A stretch of 64,000 bases of DNA from Thermoplasmatales archaeon (GCA_027310185.1 DAIDBH010000011.1:96001-160000); one strand, 5' to 3'; shown: positions 31,555 through 42,397, counted from the first letter of the stretch. Numbers and translations are program-made. Notes: generated by a model from the letters alone, not told the origin.

Positions 31555-31797
31555 TTATTGCACCTCTTTAACTAACCTGTCTGCAATTAGAATCCATCTG
31601 GTTATCGAACCTAGTGCAGCTCTTATTGCAACAGTATCCATCGCTTCTATATAAATTTGAAAGAATTGTTCAGTTTCCTGAGTTTTTATATGTGTTCTTC
31701 CTGATATCTCATCGATATTTGGAAGCATTGCAAGTACCTGTTTTAGGTATATACTTTTTTCAAAGTTGAGCGTAACTGAGATCTTTTCTTCTCTCAC
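31555..31797 (-). CDS. pcc1: KEOPS subunit Pcc1
   Basis: IEAMDTVAIRAALGSITRWI motif; adjacent to pfdB. Likely GTG start at 31797; the track's extension runs through a tRNA. Confidence 0.8.
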   Translation of the reverse strand: MREEKISVTLNFEKSIYLKQVLAMLPNIDEISGRTHIKTQETEQFFQIYIEAMDTVAIRAALGSITRWILIADRLVKEVQ

Positions 31798-31853
31798 AAT
31801 TGGATATGCATTTAACTCAAAAATATTTATGCCAGTTAGTATTTTCCTTGCAT

Positions 31854-31928
31854 GGGCTTGTGGCCTAGTCTGGATAAGGCACCGTCCTTCTAAGTCGGTG
31901 ATCGTGGGTCCGAATCCCACCAAGCCCG
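31854..31928 (+). tRNA. tRNA-Arg(TCT)
   Basis: Acceptor GGGCTTG/CAAGCCC, anticodon arm CCGTC-CT-TCT-AA-GTCGG, T arm GTGGG-TCCGAAT-CCCAC. Confidence 0.9.
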
Positions 31929-32127
31929 CTGTTTGATTTTCTACAATTTTAATTACAAATAACAATATAGTGAAGTCATATATATTTCTAATTTAATGTA
32001 TTAGTTTGTATTGTTTTAGTTTTATTGTAATTTGACTTACAAAATAGGCATAAAACTAGGCAGTTTAAAACAGAATAGTGTCTTAAAAGCTATAAATGAT
32101 TAAATAGTGTAATTAAATTCTACGTTA

Positions 32128-33159
32128 GTGAACACCAATCTAGTTCTATATATTATACGAAGAGCAATATATGCAGTAGTCTCCCTGCTTCTCATTATAA
32201 CTATAGTTTATCTCCTTATTCACGCAGTTGCACCAAATCCTTATTCGCTGGCAAAGGTTTATGCCGGGCCCGGGCACACTTCTAAATCCCAGCTGGACGC
32301 AATAATTAAGGAATATGATTTGAATGCTCCTCTCGAATACCAGGTTGTCAATTATATCTCTAATATTTTCCATGGAAATTTAGGATTTGACCCCTCATAT
32401 CACAGACCGGAGATACAACTCATTGCAAGATATCTACCAAGGACACTTGAGCTTGTGATACCTGCACTGATATTGTCTATGTTCCTTGGATTATATACAG
32501 GAGCATTTGGGGCTTCAAAGAGAAGAAAGGCCGGAGACCAGGTGGTGAAGGGAGTTTATCTAATTACCTGGGCATCACCTCCTTTCCTGGTTGCAATAGT
32601 CCTGCAGTTATTTTTTGCATATGACCTTGGACTATTACCTGCAACTGGGTTGGTGAATCCATTGTTGACTGCTCCAGCGAATGTAACCGGATTTCCACTT
32701 TTGAATGCCTTAATAGCAGGGGATTTCACATATTTCATAAGTCTGATTCATCATATGATCCTTCCTGTAATTGCAATTGGGTTGCTAAGCTTCGGCATAA
32801 TCACAAGACTAACCAGATCAAGCATGCTTGATTCAATGGAATCGGAATATTTCAAGCTTGGTCTAATGAAAGGAATATCAAGAAAGAGGGCCGTTTATAC
32901 GGTAGCATTGAGAAATGCTTCTATACCGATAGTTACACTTTTGGCTCTTTCCTTTGGATATGCAGTAGCCGGAGCGGTCGTCGTCGAGGATATCTTTGAT
33001 TATCACGGTATGGGCTGGTTTATAGTTTACGCTATAACCAATCTGGATTATATCGCCATATTAGGAACGACCATAATTATAGCCATATCCATCATAATAG
33101 CCAATCTTGTTGCAGATATATTATATGGAATTCTAGATCCGAGGGTGAGGCTCGAATGA
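32128..33159 (+). CDS. dppB: Peptide ABC transporter permease (DppB/OppB)
   Basis: YIIRR, PRTLEL, TRLTRSSMLD and ADILYGILDPRV. Confidence 0.9.
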   Translation: MNTNLVLYIIRRAIYAVVSLLLIITIVYLLIHAVAPNPYSLAKVYAGPGHTSKSQLDAIIKEYDLNAPLEYQVVNYISNIFHGNLGFDPSYHRPEIQLIARYLPRTLELVIPALILSMFLGLYTGAFGASKRRKAGDQVVKGVYLITWASPPFLVAIVLQLFFAYDLGLLPATGLVNPLLTAPANVTGFPLLNALIAGDFTYFISLIHHMILPVIAIGLLSFGIITRLTRSSMLDSMESEYFKLGLMKGISRKRAVYTVALRNASIPIVTLLALSFGYAVAGAVVVEDIFDYHGMGWFIVYAITNLDYIAILGTTIIIAISIIIANLVADILYGILDPRVRLE

Positions 33160-34109
33160 TCAACGAACCGGTAAATAAGGAAGAAGAAAGAAAAGCGTCA
33201 AGGAAAAGCGGGTTCAGAAAGAGATCAAATTTTTTGAAACTCATGTCCAAGGATAAGTCAGCTATTATTGGAATGGTTATCGTGGTCGCTTTTCTTGGCT
33301 GGTCAGCGATTCAGGGCTTCCTGGAATATATGTCATCATTTCCGAAATATGCCAACTGGGGCTATATGTTATTACCATCGAGTCCATATCACACAGTTCT
33401 GGCGGATAGTTTACTGCCTCCTTCAACGAAGTCGGTCGCATTTTGGTTTGGAACAAATCTAGAAGGAGAAAGCATCCTTTCAAGAATGCTCTATGCGATG
33501 CCCAGGGATGCTTTCGTATCCGTTATTGTGGTATTCTCAGCGATAGTCATAGGAGCTATACTGGGTATTAGTGCTGCATATAGAGGCGGATGGCTTGAAA
33601 CTATAATTATGAGGTTGACAGATTCCTTCCTCGCTATACCTGCATTAATTCTTGTCATTGCAATCTCAATTCCGTTAAGAGCCACTTACTTTGGGGTCAT
33701 CCTAGGATTGAGTATAGTATGGTGGCCTACATATACAAGATTCTTCCGGGGTCAGGTGTTGAGGTTAAAAAATATGGATTTTGTGGAAGCGGCTAAAATA
33801 AATAACGTTAAGACACACAATTTCTTTATAAAATATCTATTCCTTAACAGCGTGGACCCAATTATTGCCTATGCTGCCCTGGACTTCGGAAATGTGATAC
33901 TGACCTATTCAACACTGGCGTTTCTTGGAATTGGTTTATCCATACCTATTCCAGAGCTGGGAGCAATGGCATCAAATGGGTTGGGCTACCTGCCAGCAGA
34001 TTGGTGGTATTCATTCTTCCCTGGTATTGCAATATTGATAATTGTAATTGGATTTGTCCTTGTTGGTGACAGATATCAAGACCTCATAAACAACAGGATA
34101 GATTATTAA
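33156..34109 (+). CDS. dppC: Peptide ABC transporter permease (DppC/OppC)
   Basis: WFGTNLEG, IMRLTDSFLAIP, DFVEAA and LAFLGIG. Confidence 0.9.
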   Translation: MINEPVNKEEERKASRKSGFRKRSNFLKLMSKDKSAIIGMVIVVAFLGWSAIQGFLEYMSSFPKYANWGYMLLPSSPYHTVLADSLLPPSTKSVAFWFGTNLEGESILSRMLYAMPRDAFVSVIVVFSAIVIGAILGISAAYRGGWLETIIMRLTDSFLAIPALILVIAISIPLRATYFGVILGLSIVWWPTYTRFFRGQVLRLKNMDFVEAAKINNVKTHNFFIKYLFLNSVDPIIAYAALDFGNVILTYSTLAFLGIGLSIPIPELGAMASNGLGYLPADWWYSFFPGIAILIIVIGFVLVGDRYQDLINNRIDY

Positions 34110-34118
34110 GGTGATCAT

Positions 34119-35087
34119 TTGTTATTGGAAGTAAATAATTTAAAGGTAAGCTACAAAACTGTAAACGGTATTTCAACAGTGCTTGAAGATTTCAATCTGA
34201 AAATGAATGAGGGAGAGATCATTTCCATAGTTGGAGAATCTGGATCAGGTAAGAGTACACTCGGACAGGCTGTAACTAAATTATTACCTATGTCAGGAGT
34301 GGTTTCGGGGGAAATATTGTTTGAAGATAAGAACGTAGTAAAACTATCTGAAGATCAGATGACGCAGTACAGGGGGACAAGCGTTTTCATGATATTTCAG
34401 AACCCATTGAATAGCTTAAACCCTGTAAAAAGGGTTGGATTCCAGCTTATTGAGGCAATTAGAATAAGGAATCAGCGCAAGAGTGAAAACCTTACAGATG
34501 ACGATATGTATAAAGAGGCAGTAGAAACATTGAGAATAATGCGACTACCAGACCCAGAGGAAATAATGAAACGTTATCCTCACGAACTGTCTGGTGGACA
34601 GGTTCAGAGAGTGGTCATTTCAATGGCTATCATTTTAAAACCAAAATTACTCATAGCAGATGAACCGACTACTGCTCTTGATGTAACAATTCAGGCGCAG
34701 GTTATAAATCTACTCAAACAGTTGAACAAGGATTATAAAATGTCTATCATATTCATAACGCATGACCTGAGCCTTGCCTATGTTCTATCCGATAGAATCC
34801 TTGTTATGTATGCAGGTAGAATAGCAGAAAATAGTCCTGCTGAAAATATTGTTAAAAAACCCCTGCATCCATATACTGAAGGTCTCCTAAAGAGCGTTCC
34901 AACCAATTACAAATCATCGGGTCAATTGTACTCCATACCAGGTTCACCCCCATCATTTTTTGATATGCCAGTAGGATGTAGATTCAATCCAAGATGTAAC
35001 AAAGTATTTGATAAATGCAGAAGGGAGGAACCTAGGTTGATAAATTACCAGCAGGATATTATGGTGAGGTGCTGGCTTTATGAGTGA
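34119..35087 (+). CDS. dppD: Peptide ABC transporter ATPase (DppD)
   Basis: GESGSGKS, LSGGQVQR, ADEPTTALD, HPYT and GCRFNPRC. Confidence 0.92.
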   Translation: MLLEVNNLKVSYKTVNGISTVLEDFNLKMNEGEIISIVGESGSGKSTLGQAVTKLLPMSGVVSGEILFEDKNVVKLSEDQMTQYRGTSVFMIFQNPLNSLNPVKRVGFQLIEAIRIRNQRKSENLTDDDMYKEAVETLRIMRLPDPEEIMKRYPHELSGGQVQRVVISMAIILKPKLLIADEPTTALDVTIQAQVINLLKQLNKDYKMSIIFITHDLSLAYVLSDRILVMYAGRIAENSPAENIVKKPLHPYTEGLLKSVPTNYKSSGQLYSIPGSPPSFFDMPVGCRFNPRCNKVFDKCRREEPRLINYQQDIMVRCWLYE

Positions 35088-36033
35088 AATATTCAGGTTT
35101 GAAAATGTTAAAAAATTATACCCTATTCAGAAAAAACAGTTGCTTGACACTCTCGCTAGAAGAAAAATACCAAATGTAAGGGCACTTGAAAACATCAATC
35201 TCTCGATCGATACAGGAAAAATTCTTGCAGTTGTTGGAGAAAGCGGTTCTGGAAAATCCACTCTCGGTAAGATAGTTGCCACAATTGAAGATCCAACGGA
35301 AGGTAAGATCTATTATGAAGGTAAGGAAATTGAGCAGAGCAACCTCAGGTATGTGCGAAAGAATGTTTCAATGGTATTTCAGAATCCTTCCACATCAATC
35401 AATCCGAGAATGAAGGTTAAGGACCTTGTGTCAGAACCGTTGGGAAGGTTTAACGAGGAGGCTGTTAAAAATGTTTTAAATTCTGTCGGACTGGACTATG
35501 ATGATTCCAAGGATAAACAACCAAGGGAGTTTTCCGGAGGTCAGATACAAAGAATCGCAATAGCAAGAGCTTTAATAAAGGAACCAAAATTACTCGTTCT
35601 TGATGAACCAACTTCTGCACTGGATGAATCAATACAGGCTCAAATGCTAAATCTACTCATATCTATCCAGAAAAAGAACAATCTTACATATATCTTCATA
35701 ACCCACAATATAGGTGTTGCAAAATACATAAGTGATGAGATGATTGTTATATATGCAGGGCAGGCAGTGGAAATAGGTGATACAAAAAAGATTCTTGAGT
35801 CGCCTCAACATCCATATACACAACTCCTGATAAGCTCGATTCCTTCCTTTAGCAGCAAGGAAGTAGCCTCACCTGTGGGTGATGTACCAAGTCTCATAAA
35901 TCCACCAGAGGGATGCAGATTTCATAACAGGTGCCCTTTCGTCATGGAAATTTGCAAGACAAGAGAACCGGGATATGCCGATGTAAATGGCGTAAAAGTA
36001 CTGTGCTGGTTATATGGGAGCAATGGAAATTAA
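35080..36033 (+). CDS. dppF: Peptide ABC transporter ATPase (DppF)
   Basis: GESGSGKS, FSGGQIQR, LDEPTSALD and GCRFHNRCP. Confidence 0.92.
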   Translation: MSEIFRFENVKKLYPIQKKQLLDTLARRKIPNVRALENINLSIDTGKILAVVGESGSGKSTLGKIVATIEDPTEGKIYYEGKEIEQSNLRYVRKNVSMVFQNPSTSINPRMKVKDLVSEPLGRFNEEAVKNVLNSVGLDYDDSKDKQPREFSGGQIQRIAIARALIKEPKLLVLDEPTSALDESIQAQMLNLLISIQKKNNLTYIFITHNIGVAKYISDEMIVIYAGQAVEIGDTKKILESPQHPYTQLLISSIPSFSSKEVASPVGDVPSLINPPEGCRFHNRCPFVMEICKTREPGYADVNGVKVLCWLYGSNGN

Positions 36034-36412
36034 GACAACCATAAAAGCTACAATCCTGATAGCTTTATTTTCTGTTTTTCTGGAAATTTCCCCTAAAAAC
36101 TTCATAAATTATCTAATATTTCTTTTGATATCTTATTTGCTGGTTATTTTGTACCTTCTATGGAAGAGAAATTATAAATTTACAATAACTGATTCCGAAA
36201 TAGAGGTTAAAAATGTTTTACTGTATCATACCATCCTCACAAAAAATGTTTCTGAGGCGTTTGTAAGCCAGGGGTATCTTCAGAAAAAATTTAATTTGGA
36301 ATCCATATACATAATATCAAGGGGAAGAAATATTCTCATAAAGGATAAACCACTGGGAAATAGGTTTCACGATGAGCTGAAAAAAGTCCTTGGTGAAAGA
36401 TTATCTGAATAA
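36023..36412 (+). CDS. Membrane protein with bacterial PH (bPH_2-like) domain
   Basis: Two TMs, then FTITDSEIEV...VSQGYLQKKFNLESIYI; ATG 36023 with GGAG SD overlapping dppF. Confidence 0.7.
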   Translation: MEIKTTIKATILIALFSVFLEISPKNFINYLIFLLISYLLVILYLLWKRNYKFTITDSEIEVKNVLLYHTILTKNVSEAFVSQGYLQKKFNLESIYIISRGRNILIKDKPLGNRFHDELKKVLGERLSE

Positions 36413-36564
36413 AATTATGGAACGTGACATATTTATTTTAATATATACATTTTAAACCTGGTTTTCAATAGGTTACTTATCCTATGCCTTTAAGGGTTTT
36501 TTCATTCAGAATAACGTTAAGTATTACCACAATCTTTATATTTATCATTTAACTAATTACCTTT

Positions 36565-38607
36565 ATGGCAAAACATACAAGTGCTATATTAGCTGTCGTG
36601 GTTGTAGTCATACTGGTTGCTGCGGGGGTTTCCGTACTGGAATTTTATCATCCAGCAAAGGCTCCTTCGTCAGTACTTACTGATACATCACAAACTGCTG
36701 CACCGGGAGAACTTGATCCGGCGACAGGGTTTTTTACGACAGATGAACCTCTTTACACCGCTTTATATCAGGAACTTACAGAGTTCCATAATGCAGGAGT
36801 AGGAGTTGTGCCGGTTCTAGCTAAAAGCGTAACGAATGTTTCACAACAGGATTATACCTTTACACTGAGACAGCATGTCACTTTCAGTAATGGGCAACCC
36901 ATGACTGCACCTGATGTCTGGTTTTCAATATACAGGACAATCATAATGGGACAGGGAGTTTCAACATCAAATTATCCAAACATACTGTTTAATGCAACAG
37001 ATTATGCAACAACAGGCATTGCATTACCATGGGGAGTTATAAGTGCATTTGAAAATGACACTCTTTCGCACTATAACGTAAAGGGTAGCAATTTTACTGT
37101 AACGACTAAAAACACAGCAAATGCCCTTGACTATGTGCTCTCAAACTTCAACACAAACAAGTCAAACATGATGCTCATGAGTTATGCAAAACAGGCTGTT
37201 GTCGTGAACAGCAATTACAGCGTTTCAGTTAACGGTCTCTACGTATATTCATTCATGCTATCTGATCTAGCAGGATGGTGGGGAGCAGTTATATATCCTG
37301 CACAGGTTGACGCTAATGGTGGTGTTCAATACAATCAGCAGAACACATACATAAATGATAATGGAGCAATTGGAACAGGTCCTTATGAAGTCAAATCAGC
37401 AAGTGCCGGTCTGACTACTGTGGTTTTACAGGCCAACCCTAATTACTGGGTAGCTAACAGTGCAAACACACCATCATCCATACAGGCTGCACACATCCCA
37501 GAAATCGTGATAAAATACGCATTATCGCACGCTGACAGAGTTGAGGAGTTCGACAAGAACACATCGCAGATATCCACAGTTTCGCCTGCGTCCTTCAAGG
37601 ATATAATAACCAATTTCTATAACAGCTCAGAAGCAAATTACAATCTGGTAAAATCATTCCCAATAGATGGAGTGTTCTATTTCTCAATGAACACAGAAAG
37701 ATCTTACACAAATAATATACACTTCAGAAGAGCGCTAATAGAAGCTAACAACTATACTGAGCAGACAAGCATCTATGCAAATAACTACAACGGACAGGCA
37801 GAAGCATATAATGAACTTGGCCCAATCTCTCCATCATACGGTAAATCATTCTATAATCCACTGAACCTTCCAATGCAGAGCCAGAACCTTAAATATGCAT
37901 TACAGAACATCTCTATGGCTGGAAATGAATCAGGCTACTATGTAACTGTAGGTGCTCATAAATACGGAGACACATCCGGATATGACCTTACAACTGCTGT
38001 CACTTTCAACCTTACTGGTATATCACCTCTAAACTCCATTGAGACAGCTCAGTTCACATATGCTATAGGCTCTTTTGCTAAGATAGGATTGACCTTTGCA
38101 ACAAAATCAGTAACAGAAGCTACATTTGCAGGTCTTACAACAAACACCTCATTCCCGAGATTCATGGATCTTGGATGGGTACCTGATTACCCTGACCCAA
38201 TCGGTCAGCAGTTGATCCCAGTATATGATATTGCCCAGGGAGGTGCGCTTGGTGGAAACGATGCATTCGTGGATAACAAGACCTTACAGAATCTCTTCTC
38301 AACTCTGGATTTCCAGTCATCAACTGTCCAGGCACATGACATGATGGAAATATACAACATAACATACAATCTATCTGCTTACATATGGCTACCAATGCCT
38401 AACAATGTATACTTTGTACAGCCATATGTCCACGGATTCATTGATAATGCATTTGTTGGATACTTCTATAACCTGCTCACAATATCATACCATGGATCAT
38501 CCGCATCCAGCTCTGTTGCAATAGCAAATCAAAACACATCTAACAATGTACAGGCATTCGTAACATCCATGCAGGCAGACTCAAATATTTTTACCAGATT
38601 GTTCTAA
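36565..38607 (+). CDS. dppA: Peptide ABC transporter substrate-binding protein
   Basis: N-terminal TM anchor, LDPA, FTLRQHVTFSNG, GTGPY and GWVPDYPDP; many N-x-S/T sequons. Confidence 0.9.
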   Translation: MAKHTSAILAVVVVVILVAAGVSVLEFYHPAKAPSSVLTDTSQTAAPGELDPATGFFTTDEPLYTALYQELTEFHNAGVGVVPVLAKSVTNVSQQDYTFTLRQHVTFSNGQPMTAPDVWFSIYRTIIMGQGVSTSNYPNILFNATDYATTGIALPWGVISAFENDTLSHYNVKGSNFTVTTKNTANALDYVLSNFNTNKSNMMLMSYAKQAVVVNSNYSVSVNGLYVYSFMLSDLAGWWGAVIYPAQVDANGGVQYNQQNTYINDNGAIGTGPYEVKSASAGLTTVVLQANPNYWVANSANTPSSIQAAHIPEIVIKYALSHADRVEEFDKNTSQISTVSPASFKDIITNFYNSSEANYNLVKSFPIDGVFYFSMNTERSYTNNIHFRRALIEANNYTEQTSIYANNYNGQAEAYNELGPISPSYGKSFYNPLNLPMQSQNLKYALQNISMAGNESGYYVTVGAHKYGDTSGYDLTTAVTFNLTGISPLNSIETAQFTYAIGSFAKIGLTFATKSVTEATFAGLTTNTSFPRFMDLGWVPDYPDPIGQQLIPVYDIAQGGALGGNDAFVDNKTLQNLFSTLDFQSSTVQAHDMMEIYNITYNLSAYIWLPMPNNVYFVQPYVHGFIDNAFVGYFYNLLTISYHGSSASSSVAIANQNTSNNVQAFVTSMQADSNIFTRLF

Positions 38608-38761
38608 ACAACCATCTATTTAATTAATAATTTAAATTTTTAATCAACACTTTCTTAACTTATGTAAATTTTCAGTCTTTCTATTAAAACTAGTAATCCT
38701 CAGATCATCTTCAATTGATTATGTTCTATTTGATCATCATACGGAATTTTAATTATATTGT

Positions 38762-39262
38762 CTAATGTACTATTCTATCACCAAGATGAAAGAATTTTCC
38801 CCTGTGGAAAACCAGAGGTCTCTTTGAATCATCATAATATCCATTCATTACTTCACCAATAAACGCTGCGTGATCACCAACTTTGAATTCATTAACTACC
38901 CGGCATTCATACACAGAAATGCAACCAGTGATAAGCGGAGCTTTTATGAATTTTCCCTGAAATGTCTTTATCCCTGCCTTCTTGAATTTATCTGTGTCTT
39001 TGAGGGAATAATTTCCTGCAATATGTGCCATTTCTCCCTGCTCATCCGAGCAGTAATTGATGCCAAATTCACCGGATTCTGCAATTAGCCTGTAAGTTTC
39101 TCGCTGGTATCCTACCATGACTCCAATAAGGAAAGGGTCAATAGAAACTCTTATGGACCATTCAGCTGACATAACATTAACATCATTGTTTGTCCTTGAA
39201 GTAACCAGTGCAACTGTAGTTGTAGTATAGTCCTGTGACCTGTTTAAATCCTCTTTCATCAT
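38762..39262 (-). CDS. Flavin reductase-like protein
   Basis: NVMSAEW, SIDPFL, ECRV and GDHAAFIGEV. Confidence 0.88.
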   Translation of the reverse strand: MMKEDLNRSQDYTTTTVALVTSRTNNDVNVMSAEWSIRVSIDPFLIGVMVGYQRETYRLIAESGEFGINYCSDEQGEMAHIAGNYSLKDTDKFKKAGIKTFQGKFIKAPLITGCISVYECRVVNEFKVGDHAAFIGEVMNGYYDDSKRPLVFHRGKFFHLGDRIVH

Positions 39263-39344
39263 CTACCCCGCATTATAAAACCATATAAAACGTTACACAA
39301 AAGCCTGCAAAACATCTTAATAGAAAATTCCATACCTTTACAGA

Positions 39345-40079
39345 ATGGTGCAAGGAAAGGAGATTCCATTTTTGAATTTTCCCAAACCTTTGAAAGTTGA
39401 GAAAGAAAACGGTTTCCTTAAATTTCAAACCGATCTCAGTATTTTCAATGGAAAGAAATTGTTCCAGAATATATTCATCTACTGGATTATTGAGGATTCC
39501 ATCATCTCTGACAGGAAGGGAATCATTAGGTTTTACATAACTGGTGATAGTATAAAGGCAAAGCCCATTTACAGGAAGAATGTTTTCGATTCATTCGGTA
39601 GATTGGGATGGTCTCTGAGATTGCCTGATATTATCAAAAGCTTCGCAATCTTATGTAATTTCAGTGACGGCAACAATTCTTACCTGAATGAAATCTACTA
39701 TTCCATAGACAATTCACTAAACAGGAAGGACAGGAAACTGTGTTTCTCAAAGATGATGGACGCGATCAGGACATATGGATTCCCTGAAGAGAATCACGAT
39801 ATATTTTATGAGTACGTTGATAATGACAGATACAGGTTAAAATTCGGGTATGAACCGCAGACCCATAATGATCCTGACAGTTCGCAACTGGAGACGGAAA
39901 TGTTCAAGATACTTGAAATGAATCCAACAGAAGACCCGGAATTGATTAAATCCTCATACAGGAAGATGGTAAGGAAATATCATCCAGACCTATCTGAGAA
40001 TGCTGATAATTCTGACTATACGAAAAAAATAAAGGAAATAAACGCTGCCTATGAATTTTTACAGGGTAGATTTCACTGA
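39345..40079 (+). CDS. Protein with C-terminal J (DnaJ) domain
   Basis: IKSSYRKMVRKYHPD...IKEINAAYEFL at the C-terminus. Confidence 0.8.
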   Translation: MVQGKEIPFLNFPKPLKVEKENGFLKFQTDLSIFNGKKLFQNIFIYWIIEDSIISDRKGIIRFYITGDSIKAKPIYRKNVFDSFGRLGWSLRLPDIIKSFAILCNFSDGNNSYLNEIYYSIDNSLNRKDRKLCFSKMMDAIRTYGFPEENHDIFYEYVDNDRYRLKFGYEPQTHNDPDSSQLETEMFKILEMNPTEDPELIKSSYRKMVRKYHPDLSENADNSDYTKKIKEINAAYEFLQGRFH

Positions 40080-40246
40080 CATGCAATACATTACAGGCAA
40101 CTGTAGGTTTGTTCCTAATAGAAGTAAACGATTTCTTGTTACATTGAAGACTTGCTGTTAACTGTTATTTTTAAACGATTATTATGTAAAAATTAAGAAT
40201 GCTTAATCTATTTCAAAGGATTAATTAATTGGATAAATCTACATGA

Positions 40247-41917
40247 ATGATTCAGATGGTTCAGTTATATACAGAAAATCAGGAACTAAATTTTTTAAAG
40301 AATATCAATGATGGTTCTACACTGGCAATTTCAGGATTCAATCTTGCAAATACTCCAGAATTCCTGATCAAGAAATTGTATGAAAATTATAAGTTAACAG
40401 GTCATCCAAAAAATCTATTCCTGGAAACAGATGCTCTTCCTGCTTCAGTTGATAGGGCTCTGGACATAATTCTCAGGGAAATGTATGAAGCAAACGACTT
40501 TTCACTTTTCAGGGGACTTCTCATCCCATTCATGGGATTCTCACCTTACCTGCAGAAGATTGCAATGGAAGACAAGATACCGGTATATGGCTGGCCAATT
40601 GGTGTCGCATCCTACTGGTTCAGGGAAGTTGCCTCCGGGAGACCGGGTCTTCTCACCAGAATTGGGATAGGTACCTTCCTAGATCCTGATCAGGACAGTG
40701 GAACCCTTAACGAGAGTGCAAAGAAGAGCAATATATGCAAAATAACAAAATTGAATATTTCAGGAAGTCCCTTACTTCTTTATGAAGCTCCAAAACCTGA
40801 TGTCTGTTTTGTAAGAGTTTCTTCAGCTGATATCATGGGAAGTCTGTCAATGGAGGATGAACCCATAAGGGGAACAGTCATAAATATAGTTCAGGCAGTT
40901 AAGGCCAGACCAAAACCTGGAATTGTGATTGCACAGGTTAAGTTACTGGACAACGAAAAACAGTTCGCTCCAAGAATGGTTGAAGTACCTTATCCTCTGG
41001 TCGACATAGTGGTCAGAAGTCCACGTGAGTTTCACTGGCAGGCACCGTCATTTGAATATGACCCAAGGGCCTGTTTCAAGATAAATCCATCAAATATTAC
41101 GGACAGTATTCTTCACGATCTGCAGAACTCTGATGTACCTTACAACCAGGGGATAATTGCGAAGAGGATTGCATTAGAACTTGTAAAAATGAGGAAGGAG
41201 AAGGGAAATACAATATTGCTGAACCTCGGTGTGGGAATACCGGCACTTGTTTCTTCAATTCTTTCCAGGGCAGGATACTCAAGGGATATAGTTACAGTTG
41301 TAGAATCAGGACCCTGGGGTGGAATAGCGCTTACAGGTGGAGATTTTGGTGTTTCAATGGGAGCCTTTGCCCTTTCAACAATTCCAGATATGTTCTCCAA
41401 TTATGAGGGTGGAATTATAGATGTTGCATCACTGGGGTTCCTCCAGGTAGACAGGACTGGAAATGTAAATCCATCCTATATACCGAACAAGTTAACCGGT
41501 CCGGGGGGTTTTTCAGTCATAGCCCAGGGATCTCCAACCTCACTTTTTGCTGGAAACTTCACGGCTGGAAAGACAGAGTTACAGTTTAAGGATGGTAGGG
41601 TGAAAATTCTTAAGGATGGCGGGACACTTAAGTTCGTGAATAATGTATATAAGATCTTCTTCAACGGTAGTGAAGCACTGAAATATGGTAAAAAGGTAAA
41701 ATATTTCACTGAAAGGTGTGTATTTGAGCTCAATGGAAAGGGCCTCTGCATAACTGAAGTTCCGGAGGGAATAGATATTGACAGGGATATAATGGAAAAG
41801 ATGGAATTCAAGCCTGAGGTTAGTAGAGAAGTCAAGAGGATGCCTGAAATTGTATTTGGAGCAGGTGGAATGGAGAGGAACGATATTGAAATGTGGGTTA
41901 CTAGAATGATTGACTGA
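40247..41917 (+). CDS. Acyl-CoA:acetate/3-ketoacid CoA transferase (fused alpha-beta)
   Basis: GIGTFLDP, NLGVGIP, VESG, GNVN, GPGGF and TERCVF. Confidence 0.88.
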   Translation: MIQMVQLYTENQELNFLKNINDGSTLAISGFNLANTPEFLIKKLYENYKLTGHPKNLFLETDALPASVDRALDIILREMYEANDFSLFRGLLIPFMGFSPYLQKIAMEDKIPVYGWPIGVASYWFREVASGRPGLLTRIGIGTFLDPDQDSGTLNESAKKSNICKITKLNISGSPLLLYEAPKPDVCFVRVSSADIMGSLSMEDEPIRGTVINIVQAVKARPKPGIVIAQVKLLDNEKQFAPRMVEVPYPLVDIVVRSPREFHWQAPSFEYDPRACFKINPSNITDSILHDLQNSDVPYNQGIIAKRIALELVKMRKEKGNTILLNLGVGIPALVSSILSRAGYSRDIVTVVESGPWGGIALTGGDFGVSMGAFALSTIPDMFSNYEGGIIDVASLGFLQVDRTGNVNPSYIPNKLTGPGGFSVIAQGSPTSLFAGNFTAGKTELQFKDGRVKILKDGGTLKFVNNVYKIFFNGSEALKYGKKVKYFTERCVFELNGKGLCITEVPEGIDIDRDIMEKMEFKPEVSREVKRMPEIVFGAGGMERNDIEMWVTRMID

Positions 41918-41964
41918 ATCCCATGCTCTTTATAAAATATGATTAACATGTACAGTAGAGAAAT

Positions 41965-42339
41965 ATGAAGAAAGGTGTGGAAATTTCATTTCAGTTGAAC
42001 GATTCAGAACAGAATCAGGAAATAGTAAGAGCACTCGGTAACCTGACAGGCAACCATTTCCTGAATAAGTATGTTGAAAAATGGAGTATATTTCACGTTA
42101 CCCTTGGTGAGCATGTTTTCTTCAAGGTACTTTATAGCGGTGAGAAGATAGGAAAGTTGCACCCTGCAATAGAAAAAGAGATTAAGGAATATTTTGACAG
42201 CCTTTCAAAAAACAGCCAGGAAGATCTCATGAAGAAATACAGGAATGCAAAGGAAAAGGATGGGTTCAGGGTCATGGATATCAAGGAACTGAAAGAGGAA
42301 TACGATCTATGGCAGGACAGGCTCTGGGACTATATATGA
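41965..42339 (+). CDS. Hypothetical protein
   Basis: Clean 124-aa ORF, TTTATAAA box upstream, typical codon usage. Confidence 0.7.
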   Translation: MKKGVEISFQLNDSEQNQEIVRALGNLTGNHFLNKYVEKWSIFHVTLGEHVFFKVLYSGEKIGKLHPAIEKEIKEYFDSLSKNSQEDLMKKYRNAKEKDGFRVMDIKELKEEYDLWQDRLWDYI

Positions 42340-42397
42340 TCCGGTAGCCGGTTTATAAATAATCCAGAGTTACAAATAAAAATGGATCTTTTCATAA

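Noticed and set aside
31798-31965. N-terminal extension of Pcc1 in the ORF track
   Set aside because: Runs antisense through tRNA-Arg(TCT) and the promoter; Pcc1 is about 80 aa.
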